Assembly: GCF_036365525.1 (NCBI RefSeq)
Contig: NC_090378.1
Coordinates: forward strand, 124,481,593-124,545,592
Direction: 5' to 3'
Source: Heterodontus francisci
Taxonomy: Eukaryota
Length of the DNA: 64,000 bases
Numbering within the stretch: position 1 is the first letter of the stretch; each line of letters starts with the position of its first letter. A program made the translations under genes and the position numbers. The notes beneath the pieces were generated by a model. The model saw only the letters and a program-made list of their open reading frames with translations. It ran no database searches and was not told the origin of the DNA. This document shows, piece after piece, positions 35,650 to 48,520 of the stretch.

Positions 35650-38600
35650 AACACCTGGAAAGCATAAATGGGATTGGACAAAGTCAGCATGGGTTTACGA
35701 AAGGGAGATCATGCTTATCAAATCTACTGGAGTTTTTTGAGGCTGTAACTAGTAGAATAGATAAGGATGATAAGGATAATAGATAATAGATAACCAGTGG
35801 ATGTGGTGTATTTGGATTTTCAGAAGGCTTTTGATAAGGTCCCACGTAAGAGGTTCGTGGGCAAAATTAAAGCACATGGGATTGGGGGTAATATATTGGC
35901 ATGGAATGAGAATTGGTTTACAGACAGGAAACAGAGTAGGAATAAATGGGTCTTTTCCGAGTGGCAGGCAGTGACGAGTGGGGTATGGCAGGGATCAGTG
36001 CTTGGGCCCCAGCTATTCACAATATATATTAATGACTTGGGTGAGGGAACCAAATGTAACATTTCCAAGTTTGCAGACGACACAAAGCTGGAGGAGGGGT
36101 GGGGGGGGGGGGTTGGGGGGTGGGGGTGGGGTGCGAGTGATCTGTGAGAAGGATGCAAAGAGGCTTCAATGTGATTTGCACAAGTTGGGTGAATGGGCAA
36201 ATGCATGGCAGATGCAGTATAATGTGGATAAATGTGAAGTAATCCACTTTGGTTGTAATAATAGAAAGGCAGATTATCTGTATGGTGATAGATTGGGTAA
36301 GGGGAAGGTGCAACGAGACATGGGTGTCCTTATGCACCAGTCACTGAAAGCAAGCATTCAGGTGCTGCAAGCAGTTAGGAAGGCAAATGGTATGTTGGCC
36401 TTCATTGCAAGAGGATTTGAGTACCGGAGTAAGGATGTCTTACTGCAGACGAGAGTGGTCCTAAAGGAAGGGTGCTAAATTGGGGGAAGGCCAACTATAC
36501 CAAAATTCGGCAGGAGCTGGGGAATGTAGATTGGGAGCAGCTGTTTGAAGGTAAATCCACTTTTGATATGTGGGAGGCTTTTAAAGGGAGGTTGATTAGC
36601 GTACAGGAGAGACATGTTCCTGTGAAAATGAGGGGTAGAAATGGCAAGATTAGGGAACCATGGATGACAGGTGAAATTGTGAGACTAGCTAAGAGGAAAA
36701 AGGAAGTACACATAAGGTCTAGGCGGCTGAAGAAAGACGAAGCTTTGAAAGAATATCGGGATTGTAGGCGCAATCTGAAACGAGGAATTAAGAGGGCTAA
36801 AAGGGGTCATGAAATATCTTCAGCAAACAGGGTTAAGGAAAATCCCAAAGCCTTTTATTCATATATAAGGAGCAAGAGGGTAACTAGAGAAAGGATTGGC
36901 CCACTCAAGGACAAAGGAGGAAAGTTATGCGTGGAGTCAGAGAAAATGGGTGAGATTCTAAACGAGTACTTTGCATCGGTATTCACCGAGGAGAGGGACA
37001 TGACGGATGTTGAGGTTAGGGACAGATGTTTGATTACTCTAGGTCAAGTCGGCATAAGGAGGGAGGAAGTGTTGGGTATTCTAAAAGGCATTAAGGTGGA
37101 CAAGTCCCCAGGTCCGGATGGGATCTATCCCAGGTTACTGTGGGAAGCGAGAGAGGAAATAGTTGGGGCCTTAACAGATATCTTTGCAACATCCTTAAAC
37201 ACGGGTGAGGTCCTGGAGGACTGGAGAATTGCTAATGTTGTCCCCTTGCTTAAGAAGGGTAGCAGGGAAAATCCAGGTAATTATAGACCGGTGAGCCTGA
37301 CGTCAGTGGTAGGGAAGCTGCTGGAGAAGATACTGAGGGATAGGATCTATTCCCATCTGGAAGAAAATGGGCTTATCAGTGATAGGCAACATAGTTTTGT
37401 CCAGGGAAGGTCATGTCTTAGCAACTTAATAGAATTCTTCGAGGAAGTGACAAAGTTGATTGATGAGGGAAGGGCTGTAGATGTCATATACATGGACTTC
37501 AGTAAGGCGTTTGATAAGGTTCCCCATGGTAGGCTGATGGAGAAAGTGAAGGCGCATGGGGTCCAAGGTGTACTAGCTAGATGGATAAAGAACTGGCTGG
37601 GCAACAGGAGACAGAGAGTAGCAGTGGAAGGGAGTTTCTCAAAATGGAGACGTGTGACCAGTGGTGTTCCACAGGGATCCGTGCTGGGACCACTGTTGTT
37701 TGTGATATACATAAATGATTTGGAGGAAAGTATAGGTGGTCTGATTAGCAAGTTTGCAGAAGACACTAAGATTGGTGGAGTAGCAGATACTGAAGGGGAC
37801 TGTCAGAGAATACAGCAGAATATAGATAGACTGGAGAGTTGGGCAGAGAAATGGCAGATGGAGTTCAATCAGGGCAAATGCAAGGTGATGAATTTTGGAA
37901 GATCCAATTCAAGAGTGAACTATACAGTAAATGGAAAAGTCCTGGGGAAAATTGATGTACAGAGAGATTTGGGTGTTCAGGTCCATTGTTCCCTGAAGGT
38001 GGCAACGCAGGTCAATAGAGTGGTCAAGAAGGCATACGGCATGCTTTCCTTCATCGGACGGGGTATTGAGTACAAGAGTTGGCAGGTCATGTTACAGTTG
38101 TATAGGACTTTGGTTCGGCCACATTTGGAATACTGCGTGCAGTTCTGTTCGCCACATTACCAAAAGGATGTGGATGCTTTGGAGAGGGTGCAGAGGAGGT
38201 TCACCAGGATGTTGCCTGGTATGGAGGGCGCTAGCTATGAAGAGAGGTTGAGTAGATTAGGATTAATTTCATTCGAAAGACGGAGGTTGAGGGGGGACCT
38301 GATTGAGGTGTACAAAATCATGAGAGGAGTAGACAGGGTGGATAGCAAGAAGCTTTTTCCCAGAGTGGGGGATTCAATTACAAGGGGACACGAGTTCAAA
38401 GTGAAAGGGGAAAAGTTTAGGGGGGATATGCGTGGAAAGTTCTTTACGCAGAGGGTGGTGGGTGCATGGAATGCATTACCAGCGGAGGTGGTAGACGCGG
38501 GCACGATAGCGTCTTTTAAGATGTATCGAGACAGATACATGAATGGGCAGGAAGTAAAGAGATACAGACCCTTAGAAAATAGGCGACAGGTTTAGATAGA

Positions 38601-39260
38601 GGATTTGGATCGGCGTAGGCTTGGAGGGCCGATGGGCCTGTTCCTGTGCTGTAATTTTCTTTGTTCTTTGTTCTTTATACAGGGCCTTGGTGAGACCACG
38701 TCTGGAGTATATTGTGCAGTTTTGGTCTCCTTATCTGAGGAAGATGTTCTTGCCATGGAGGGAGTTCAAAGAAGATTTACTAGGCTGATTCCTGGAATGG
38801 CAGGATTGACGTATGAGGAGAGATTGGATCGACTAGGCCTATATTCACTAGAGTTTAGAAGAATGAGAGGGGATCTCATAGAAACCTATAAAATTCTAAC
38901 AGGACGAGACAGGCTAGATGCAGGGTGGATGTTCCTGATGGCTGGGGAGTCCAGAACCAGGGGTCACAGTCTCAGGATATGGAGTATGGCATTTAGAACC
39001 GAGATGAGGAGAAATTTCTTCACTCAGAGGGTGGTGAACCTGTGGAATTCTCTACCGCAGAAGGCAATGGAGGCCAAGTCATTAAAATATATTCAAGAAG
39101 GAGAAAAATATATTTCTGAATGCCAAAGGGATCAAGGGATATGGAGAGAAAGTGGGAACAGGAAACTGAATTAAACTATCAGCCATGATCTTTTTTGAAT
39201 GGCGGAGCAGGCCTGAAGGGCCGAATGGCCTATTCCTGCTCCTATTTTCTATGTTTCTAT
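35650..39260 (+). mobile_element. Older CR1 LINE (RT to tail) split by a younger CR1 insertion
   Basis: [30 protein letters not shown] and SKFADDTKL. The sequence ...CTTACTGCAG (to 36448) joins TTATACAGGGCCTTGG (from 38675) to restore LLQLYRALVRP. Confidence 0.9.
36449..38674 (+). mobile_element. Young 5'-truncated CR1 LINE with an uninterrupted 707-codon ORF2 segment (36472-38595)
   Basis: Open RT domain (NYRPVSLTS, YMDFSKAFD, SGVPQGSVLGP, SKFAEDTK) and a (TTCTTTG)n tail. It lacks the endonuclease domain, and the catalytic FADD reads FAED. Confidence 0.93.
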
Positions 39261-39344
39261 GTGCTGGTTCTCAGAATGAGCAATTCAGAGTGTGCCACAC
39301 TCCCGCCTTCTCCCCGTAGCCCTGCACATTCTTCCTTTTCAGAC

Positions 39345-40265
39345 AATAATAAAAAGGCAGTGGAAGCAGAGTCCTTAAATATTTTTAAGGCAGAGGGAGA
39401 TAGATTCTTGATAAGGAAGAGGGAGAAAGGTTCTCAGACGGAGGTGGGAATGTGGAGTCGTGGTTACAATCAGATCAGCCATGATCTTATTGAATAGTGC
39501 AGCAGGCTCGAGGGGCCCAGTGGCCTCCTCCTGCTCCTAATTCCTATGTTCGGATGCTTGTATCTGCTTCCACCACACTCTCAGACAGTGCATTTCAGAT
39601 TCTAACCACTCGCTGTGTGAAAAGGTTTTCTTCATGTCTCCATTGCTTCTTTTGCCAATTATCTTAAATCTGTGCCCTCTGGTTCTCGATCCTTCCTTCA
39701 GTGGGAACAATTTCTCTCTATCTGCTCTGTCCAGACCCCTCATGATTTTGAATACCTCGATCAAATCCCCTCTCAGCCCCAGCTTCTCCAATCTATCTAC
39801 ATAACTGAAGTTCCTCATCCCTGGAACTATTCTTGTGAATCTTTTCTGCACCCTCTCTAATGCCTTCACATCCTTCCTTTCGTGTGGTGCTCAGAACTGG
39901 ATGCAATGCTCCAGTTGACGATGAACCAGTGTTTTATACATGTTTAACATAACTTCCTTGCTTTTGTACTCTGTGCCCTTACTGATAAAACTTAGGATGA
40001 TGTCTGCTTTATTAACCACCCTCACAACCTGTCCTGCCACTGCAATCATTTACACACATATACACCCAGGTCCCTCTGTTACTGCACCCACTTTAGAATC
40101 TTACCCTTTATTTTATATTGTTTCTCCACATTCTTTCTACCGAAATAAATCACTTCACACATTTCTACATTAAATTTCATCTGCCACTTGTCTGCCCATT
40201 CCACCAACCTGTCTATGTGCTTTGGAAGTTCGACACTATCCTCCTCACAATTCACAATGCTTCCA
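39345..40265. mobile_element. CR1 3' fragments (plus strand ~39345-39550; minus strand ~39555-40265)
   Basis: KAVEAESLNIFKAEGDRFL on +. ALERVQKRFTRIVPGM and WADKWQMKFNV on -. Confidence 0.85.
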
Positions 40266-41369
40266 ATGTGATCACAAATGACAGAATCTGCCCACACTGA
40301 CAGTGAGTGAACTACACAGCACATTCAGACAGACCCGAACCACATCCCTATCCTATTAAATGATGCACGAACTTTGTTTCTCAGTGAAATCAGTAATAAT
40401 CAACATCACACGAACCAGCTCGGAAATTATTTTCTCGAAACACAATTTCACTTCAAGCACGAATGCCCAGCAAGCTGTACAAAGAATGTTACTGTTTATA
40501 AAGCAGCAAAGCAGTGAACTGCATTAGGCCCAGGATAGTTTAACTACTTAGTAAAGGGTGCCCTCTATTGACTGTCATCACTGTCACATACACAGAATAC
40601 ACTGAACCATTAGTCATACTCAAGTATGGTCGACAGGAGTTTATAATCCACCAGGGCCCTGAGCAGACATTTGCTTCGAGGTGTCTCTTGGTCTGTTGCT
40701 CTGGAATGTTGGATGTGGGAGATACACACAAGGATATAGGAAAGCATATAACAAGAAAAGGCCATTCTGCTCATCAAGCCTGCTCCTTTCACTAACAAAG
40801 TACAAATCTTCCCTGTTCTCGATTATATTCCCACTGAATCTCAGAAGAGAAGTTTCTGTGTAAATACACTTTGATTGCCAAACATAATCAAACAAAATTA
40901 GAGAATAGTAATTCATCTTCCCATTTTCACCCCTGGATTGCTATCCTCGAGGGATCAATTTCCTCTTTGGAATATGTTAACAGACCTCATTATCTCAAAC
41001 TGATATGGTTGTACAAAATGTACCATCCTGGATCAATGGTTTAATTGGAACTAATTTTCACTCCGAGAATGTGTGTGTGTTCTGTGGAAATAATTCTTCA
41101 CAAATCAAATTAACAATAGCATCAAATTAATCACCTCAATTGCTCCTCGGTGAAACAGGTTGACAGTGGGTGGCAACAGGCTATTCAATCATGGGGGCAT
41201 CACAGGAAACCTGATTCTGTAATAACCTGACATCCCTACATACAGACTTTCTAGTGAGTAACATGTACAGTGATTGGAAACTGACACTTTAATTTAATTC
41301 AAGTTTTTATATAAAACTCACAAACTCCTGTTAAAATGCATTTGTGAAGTTACCAAATATTGTCTTGTA

Positions 41370-41755
41370 TTCCTCTGAGTTTAGAAAGTTGAACGGATGA
41401 TTTAATTAAGGTGCTTAAAGTAATAAAAGGATTTGATAGGTTTGATGTAGAGAAGTTATTTTATCAAGTTCGGGAATCCACAACAAGGTGACATAATCCT
41501 AAAATTAGAAGATTCGAAATCAGGAAGTACTTCTTCACACAAAGGGTGATGGAAATTGGAATTCTCTCCTCTAAAACATTGGAGATGTTGGTCAATTGAC
41601 ATTTTAAAGGCAGAGATTGACTGATTTTTATTAGATAAGAATAACAAGGAATATGGATCAAAGGCAGGTAAATGGAGTACAGATCAGCCATGATTGAACT
41701 GAATGATGGAACAGTCTTGAAGGGGCTGAATGGCCTACCCCTGTTCCTATATTCT
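41370..41755 (+). mobile_element. Old CR1 3' fragment
   Basis: AAGTACTTCTTCACACAAAGGGTGATGGAAATTGGAATTCTCT and a CR1-type 3' UTR (GGGCTGAATGGCCTACCCCTGTTCCTAT). Confidence 0.75.
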
Positions 41756-41866
41756 ACATAGCAGAGTAACAGTTAAGTGCTCATTTGGAGGCTCATATCT
41801 GGGACTTTGTTCTTTGCTGGGTTTCTGCTTCTGTGTTTACTTCCCGAGATACTAAACACAAAACAC

Positions 41867-44561
41867 TTTTTTTTTCCCAAAATATACTTTATTCATAAAA
41901 ATCTGTAAAAATTACATTGCCAAACAGTTTCCAAACAGCACGAAAAAATACAAACATTGCAAAAGAGATCAGTTTCTTTCAATAATGTCATGAGTTTCTT
42001 CCCAACCCTTCCGTTTCACAATTGTCATGTCAATTACAGTTTTACATTTACAGCAATTGAGAATATTAACGATACAGTTCGAGGGGCTTCCCATGGTTCC
42101 AGCCCCTCAGTCCAGCTTGGTGGGGGAACCTTACACTGTGGTCTTTCCCCATTGAGCCTTTGCTGCGGCTGCCCCAAGCTTTAGTGCGTCCCTCAGCACG
42201 TAGTCCTGGACCTTGGAATGTGCCAGTCTGCAACATTCGGTGGTGGACAACTCTTTGCGCTGGAAGACCAGCAAGTTTCGGGCAGACCAAAGGGCGTCTT
42301 TCACCGAATTGATAGTCCTCCAGCAGCAGTTGATGTTTGTCTCGGTGTGCGTCCCTGGGAACAGCCCGTAGAGCACAGACTCCTGTGTTACAGAGCTGCT
42401 TGGGATGAACCTTGACAAAAACCACTGCATCTCTTTCCACACCTGCTTTGCAAAGGCACATTCCAGGAGGAGGTGTGCGACCGTCTCTTCCCCACCACAG
42501 CCAACGCGGGGGCACTGTGCGGAGGGGGCGAGACTTCGGGTGTGCATGAAGGATCTGACGGGGAGGGCCCTTCTCACCACCAGCCAAGCTACGTCTTGGT
42601 GCTTGTTTGAAAGTTCTGGTGATGAGGCATTCCGCCAAATGACTTTGACGGTCTGCTCGGGGAACCATCCGACAGGATCCACCGTTTCCTTTTCCCGTAG
42701 GGCCTTGAGGACATTCCGTGCAGACCACTGCCTGATGGACCGGTGGTCAAAGGTGTTTTTCCGCAGAAACTGCTCCACGAAGGATAGGTGGTACGGCGCC
42801 GCCCAACTGCACGGAGCGTTCCGCGGCAATGTGACCAGGCCCATCCTTCGCAACACCGGGGACAGATAGAACCTCAGCACGTAGTGACACTTGGAGTTTG
42901 CGTACTGGGGATCTACACATAGCTTGATGCAGCCGCACACGAAGGTGGTCATCAGGATGAGGGCCACGTTGGGTACATTTTTCCCGCCCTTGTCCAGAGA
43001 TTTGAACATCGTGTCCCTCCGGACCCGGTCCATTTTAGATCCCCAGACGAAGCGGAAAATGGCTCGGGTGACTGCCACGGCGCAGGAGTGGGGTATGGGC
43101 CAGACCTGCGCCACGTAGAGCAACAACGTGAGCGCCTCGCACCTGATGACCAGGTTCTTACCCACAATGGAGAGAGATCGCTGCCCCCACATGCCCAACT
43201 TTTGTCGTACCTTGGCTACTCGCTCCTCCCATGTTTTGGTGCACGCCCCGGCACTTCCGAACCATATCCCAGGCACCTTCAGGTAATCTGACCTGACGGT
43301 GAAGGGGACAAAGGATCGGTCAGCCCAGTTCCCAAAGAACATGGCCTCGCTCTTGCCGTGGTTAACTTTGGCTCCCGAGGCCAGTTCGAACTGGTCGCAG
43401 ATGCTCATCAGTCTGCGCACGGACAGCGGATCCGAGCAGAAGACGGCGACGTCATCCATGTACAGGGAGGTTTTGACCTGAGTGCCTCCGCTGCCTGGGA
43501 TTGTCACCCCTCTTATGCTCACATCCTTCCTAATAGACTCAGCAAAGGGTTCAATACAGCAAACAAACAAGACCGGGGACAGAGGACAGCCCTGTCTGAC
43601 TCCAGATTTGATCGGGAAACTTTCAGATTCCCACCCGTTGATTGACACTGCGCTACTGATGTTTGTGTAGAGCAGTTGGATCCAATTGCAGATTCCCTCC
43701 CCAAACCCCATTTTGGAAAGCACGTCCATCATGTAGGTGTGCGATATCCTGTCAAAAGCCTTCTCCTGGTCCAGGCTGATGAGGCAGGTGTCCACCCTCC
43801 TGTCCCGTACGTAGGCGATCGTATCCCTGAGTAGCGCGAGACTATCAGAGATCTTCCTGCCGGGTACAGTACAGGTCTGATCGGGGTGAATCACCAACTC
43901 CAGAGCAGACTTGACTCGACTGGCTATGACTTTGGACAGAATCTTGTAATCAACACTAAGCAGTGAGATGGGCCGCCAATTTCTGATTTCTGCCCTCTCC
44001 CCCTTCTGCTTGTAAATGAGGGTGATGATACCTTTTCTCATGGTCTCTGACATGCTGCCGGCCAGGAGCATACTCTCGTATACTTCCAGCAGGTCCGGGC
44101 CGACCCAGTCCCGCAGGGCCGAGTACAACTCGACCGGTAAGCCGTTGCTCCCGGGGGTTTTACTCGTCTCGAAAGACTCGACGGCCTTTGTCAGCTCCTC
44201 CAGAATTAGCGGCTTGTCCAGTCCCTCCCTCCTGCTGTCATCTAGGACCTCTGTGATAGATGACAGGAAGGACTGGGAGGCTCTGCTGTCTGTGGGCTTC
44301 GCGTCATACAGCCCAGCATAAAAGGATTTGCTGATCCTTAGTATGTCGGACTGCGAAGACGTTACCGAGCCATCTTCTTCCTTCAGGCTGCTGATAACAG
44401 AGCTCTCTCTGTGTACCTTTTGGAAGAAGTAACGCGAGCACGTCTCATCCTGCTCGATGGAGCGGACTCTGGACCGGAAGATGATCTTGGAGGCCTCCTT
44501 GGCAAAGAGCGAGGCCTGCTGGCTCTTCACCTCTTGGAGGTCCTCCTTGACCTCGACCCCC
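41867..44561 (-). mobile_element. Young 5'-truncated Tx1/L1-clade LINE with an open RT-containing ORF (42131-44561)
   Basis: Uninterrupted ORF with WRPISLL, SLDQEKAFD, SGVRQGCPLSP, YMDD and C-terminal CPRVGC...HLLLEC. AATAAA and poly(A) lie on the minus strand. Perfect 12-bp TSD AACACAAAACAC at 41855-41866 and 44562-44573. Confidence 0.95.
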
Positions 44562-45995
44562 AACACAAAACACAACTTCACAAATTGAGTCAGAAGCAGC
44601 ATCTTCAGCTACAGATGAAAGTTGATTTTCGCTGCCAGTTCAAAGTGCAGCACATTAGGGTCATTACAGTCGTAACCTTGGAGCGACTTCCAATTTCCAC
44701 CAGCTGCTCCTGAGGAGTATCGATAAGAGGGAGACGGACAAGTCCCCACCCTCCCCCACTCTCCTCCACATGTGGGGGGTGGGGAATAGGTGCTTAACCG
44801 TGGTTGCAGCAGGGGGGCTAAATTTTGCTCAGGGTGGGGATACGACATTATTCCCGACTGTCCAAATCTGCTCCCTTTCCCAGACCATGGTGCCATTGAC
44901 AGGAAACACTGGGTCACTAAACACTGGGCGGACACATACAGCAATTTTACAGAATAAAAATTGGGTCACACTCACATTCACCTGTGTCTAAAGAATATTC
45001 TTGGTCTGATGTTGGATATTGAATCATCAGGTAACAGAAATAGGTCCTTGGTATTTATTCTGGAAAAAGTAAATCCCAACAATTACTTCCAATTAAATTA
45101 TGACAAGAGCGAGAGGCCACACATTCAAATTAGTAAAAGGCAGCTTCAGGACTAATATCAAGGAGTCTTTCTTCACATCAGAGTGACTAATCATGGAATG
45201 GATTCCCAGATAAAGTAATGGAAATGAAAGTCATGGAAGAACCAGCTGGATGCTGCATTGGGGAGACTTTAGGGTCATCATCAATGGAGGAGCTAAGGTG
45301 GGCCGAATGGACTTCCTCTTCCATTAATATCTTGTAATGTATAGAGGAAAGGGGCAATGTCTGTCATCGTAAATGAAAGAACTGGATATTGAGGATTAGT
45401 GACTTGTTGAAACTGAAGTGTTCACACTCTTTGTTTCAGAGACAGGATCAGTAACACCTACAATGAGATTTTTCTCAGCAATTTACCGAGACCTCAATAT
45501 GCTGAGGAAATCTGTCCGAGTGTGGCACTGGGTACAGAAATTTAAAGTGAAATATAACCATTATTTCAGAACATCAGGAAATCCTTTTAAAAGTGATTCA
45601 TTATCTTCACTAAGACTGCTGTGATGAACCAGTTCTCTGAGGAAGATCTTAATGTGTGTGATGTTTCAAAACACTGGCTTCAAACAGAGACTAGAAACAT
45701 GCTTTCCTGCCCTCTGTCAGAATAGCTACAGTGATAAACCTGGGCCTAGGAATTCAGGTGCACCTATTTTTGGGAATGTGAACAATGATCCCAGTACCTG
45801 AATGGTGAAGTCCACGGCACCACCAACACTGGGTCACTGATCTCATTTCCATTGGGCTGGTGAGTTGTGGACAGCAACAGGTTTCTCTTTCTGAGGTCTG
45901 GTCTGCACTTTGGGCCACCAGACAATCCAGTAGAAATGAGGAACTCACCACAGGAGGAAAAGTGGAGGTGGAATGGCACTGTGATACTTTGAGGA

Positions 45996-46900
45996 ATGGC
46001 TGAACGTGTGAGAGAGCGCGCACCAAGCTTTTCTGATGATGTGTTACAGGTCTTGGTGGAAGAAGTGGAAAGAAGGAGAAACATCCAGTATCCACAGAGA
46101 GGCAGGAACTCCTCCAGATAGATGATCAAGAGGCAGTGGGAAGAAGTAATAGCAGAGCTCAATGTCAGGAGTGTTGCTCCAAGAACAAGGATGCAGGAAG
46201 AAGTTTAATGATCTGACACGAGTTGTCAAGGTGACTGAGTGCATCTTCAAATGGCAGATCCTACCAACTGCATCACTAACCTCATCCATTGCTCAATTCA
46301 CCAAACCCACATCACCCAGCCACCAACAGTCTCTATAAATCAGTATTCAACCCTTCAATTCATAGGATTTACCTCACCCTCACACACTTAGCATTACTGC
46401 CAACCTTGTACCAACAACTCACAGCTAGCACACAGCTATTCAACCATGACAGCCACATCAAACATATTACAGGACACTCACTCTCACACTTCTCTCTCTC
46501 TTATAGGAGAAGGTGGTTCATAATAGAGGCAACAAGAAGGAACTGGAGGCGGACAAGCAGGTCTGCAGATTTTAACCCTCACGGAGGAGACAGTGCTGGT
46601 CAATATGGGAAGGGGCATCGCTGAGGCTATGGACACTGGTGGGGCTGGAGAGATCGATGATAAGGTTGTCTGTATACCTTATCCTCCTTCTCTCATCACA
46701 CAATCTCTTCAGACTCTCAAGCTGCAGACGGTGTAAACATGCACTTCTTACTTTCTCCTCTCCCCTCACCACAACCCAATCCTTGTCCATATTCATTTCA
46801 GGTACCCGAAAACTGGGAGCTTCCCAGTCAGGGAGGAAGAGGCAGAAAACAAGGAAGATAAAGAGACACCGTCACTCAATCTTACACTTACAGCCACCAG
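45996..46900 (+). pseudogene. Decayed, intron-containing Myb/SANT-like gene typical of PIF/Harbinger transposons
   Basis: Exon 1 (45996-46230) reads MAERVRERAPSFSDDVLQVLVEEVERRRNI...*MIKRQWEEVIAELNVRSVAPRT / (frameshift) CRKKFNDLTRVVK, then donor GT. After acceptor CTCTCTTATAG (to 46506) it reads EKVVHN / RQQEGTGGGQAGLQILTLTEETVL. A third acceptor lies near 46801. Confidence 0.75.
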
Positions 46901-46928
46901 TATTTTAGAGGCTAAGATAGAGGAGGGA

Positions 46929-48520
46929 TCCAGATAGACTGATTTATAGTGAGAGTTTCTGCCAGGTTAACAGTGTCTTAAAGGGACACGGTCTCTTTAA
47001 TTACTCTTACTATTAACCATTTCAGCACTGAAATGTTTCTGCCTCCACCACCCTTTCAGGCAGTGAGTTCCAGACCCCCACCACCCTCTGGGTGAAAAAA
47101 TTACTCCTCAACTCACCTCTATGTCTATGCCTCCTGGTTATTGACCTCTCTGCTGAGGGAAATAGGTCCTTCCTATTCACTCTATCTTGGCCCCTCATAA
47201 TTTTATACACCTCAATTAAACCTCCCCTCAGCCTCCTCTGTTTCAAAGATTACAACCCCAGCCAATCCAATCTTTCCTCATAGCTGAAATTCTCCATTCC
47301 TGGTAACATCCTTGTAAATCTCCTCTGTACCCTCTCTTGTGTGATCACATTCTTCCTGTAATGTGGTGACCAGAACTGTACACAGTACTCTAGCTGTGGT
47401 CTAACGATCCACTGATTTAAGGTGATTGGTGGAAGGATTAGAGAGGACATGAGGAAACACATTTTCACCCAGAGGGTGGTGGGTATCTGGAATTCACTGC
47501 CTGGATCGGTGGTGAAGGCAGAAACCCTCAACTCATTTAAAAGGTACCTGGACCTGCACCTGAAGTGCTGTAACCTGCCAGGCTATGGACCAGGTGCCGG
47601 AAGGTGGGATTAGAATGGGCAGCTTGTTTGTTCAGCCAGCGCAGCCACGATGGGCTGAATGGCCTCCTTCTGTGCCGTAACCTTTCTCTGGTTCTAACTA
47701 GTGTTTTATACAGTTCCAGAATAACCGCTTTGCTCTTATAGTCTAGGCCTCAGCTAATAATGGAAAGTATTCCATATGCCTTTTTGACCACCTTTTCTAC
47801 CTGTCCTGCTACTTTCAGGGAGCTGTGCAGATAAACTCCAAGTTCCCTCTATTCCTCTACACTTCTCAGAATCCTCCATTTATTGTATATTCATTTGCCT
47901 GGTTTGTCCTGCCCAAATTCATTCCCTCTCACTTCTCTGGATTAAGTTCCATTTGCCATTTTTCTGCTCACCTGACCAGTCCATTGATATCTTCCTGCAG
48001 TCTACAGCTTTCTTCCTCACTATCCACCACACGGACAATCTTTGCATCATCTGCAATCTTTTTAATCATGCCCCTACATTGAAGTTTAAATCACTGATAT
48101 ATACACAAATATTGAGGGACCCAGGACTGAGACCTGTGGAACCCACTGGAAAGAAACTTCCAGTCACTAAAACACCTGCCAACCAGAATCCTTTGCTTCC
48201 TGTCACTGATCCAATTTCCCACTTTCCCTCGGATCCCATGGGCTTTTAATTTTCTGAACAGTCTGCCATGTGGAACCTTATCAAAAGCCTTGCTAAACTC
48301 CATGTAGACTATATCAAACATGCTGCCCTCATTGACGCTCCTTGTAACCTCCTCAAAAAATTCAATCAACTTAATCAGACATGACCTTCCCTTAACAAAT
48401 CCAAGATCACTGTCCTGGATCAATCTGTGCCTCTCTAAATGATGATTTATATGGTCTACCAGAATGTTTCCAATAATTTTCCCACCGCTGCAGTTAGGCT
48501 GACTGGCCTGTAATTACTCG
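46929..48520 (+). repeat. Diverged direct copy of the J-C intron block 11427-~12970 (unique ~105 bp plus adjacent minus-strand CR1)
   Basis: Identical cores CAGGTTAACAGTGTCTTAAAGGGACAC (27 bp) and ACTCTTACTATTAACCATTTCAG (23 bp) occur in both copies. Each is followed by a same-orientation CR1 sharing the peptide RGELRSN. Confidence 0.8.
47406..47692 (+). mobile_element. Short CR1 3' fragment inserted into the minus-strand CR1
   Basis: IGGRIREDMRKHIFTQRVVGIWNSLP, flanked by direct repeat TCTAAC (47400-47405 / 47693-47698). Confidence 0.8.

Noticed and set aside
45418-45740. Possible decayed V exon (WHWVQK, EEDLNV, then TACAGTG) near the duplicated intron block
   Set aside because: It has no conserved cysteines or YYC, the spacing and frames are inconsistent, the heptamer lacks the essential CAC, and there is no nonamer.
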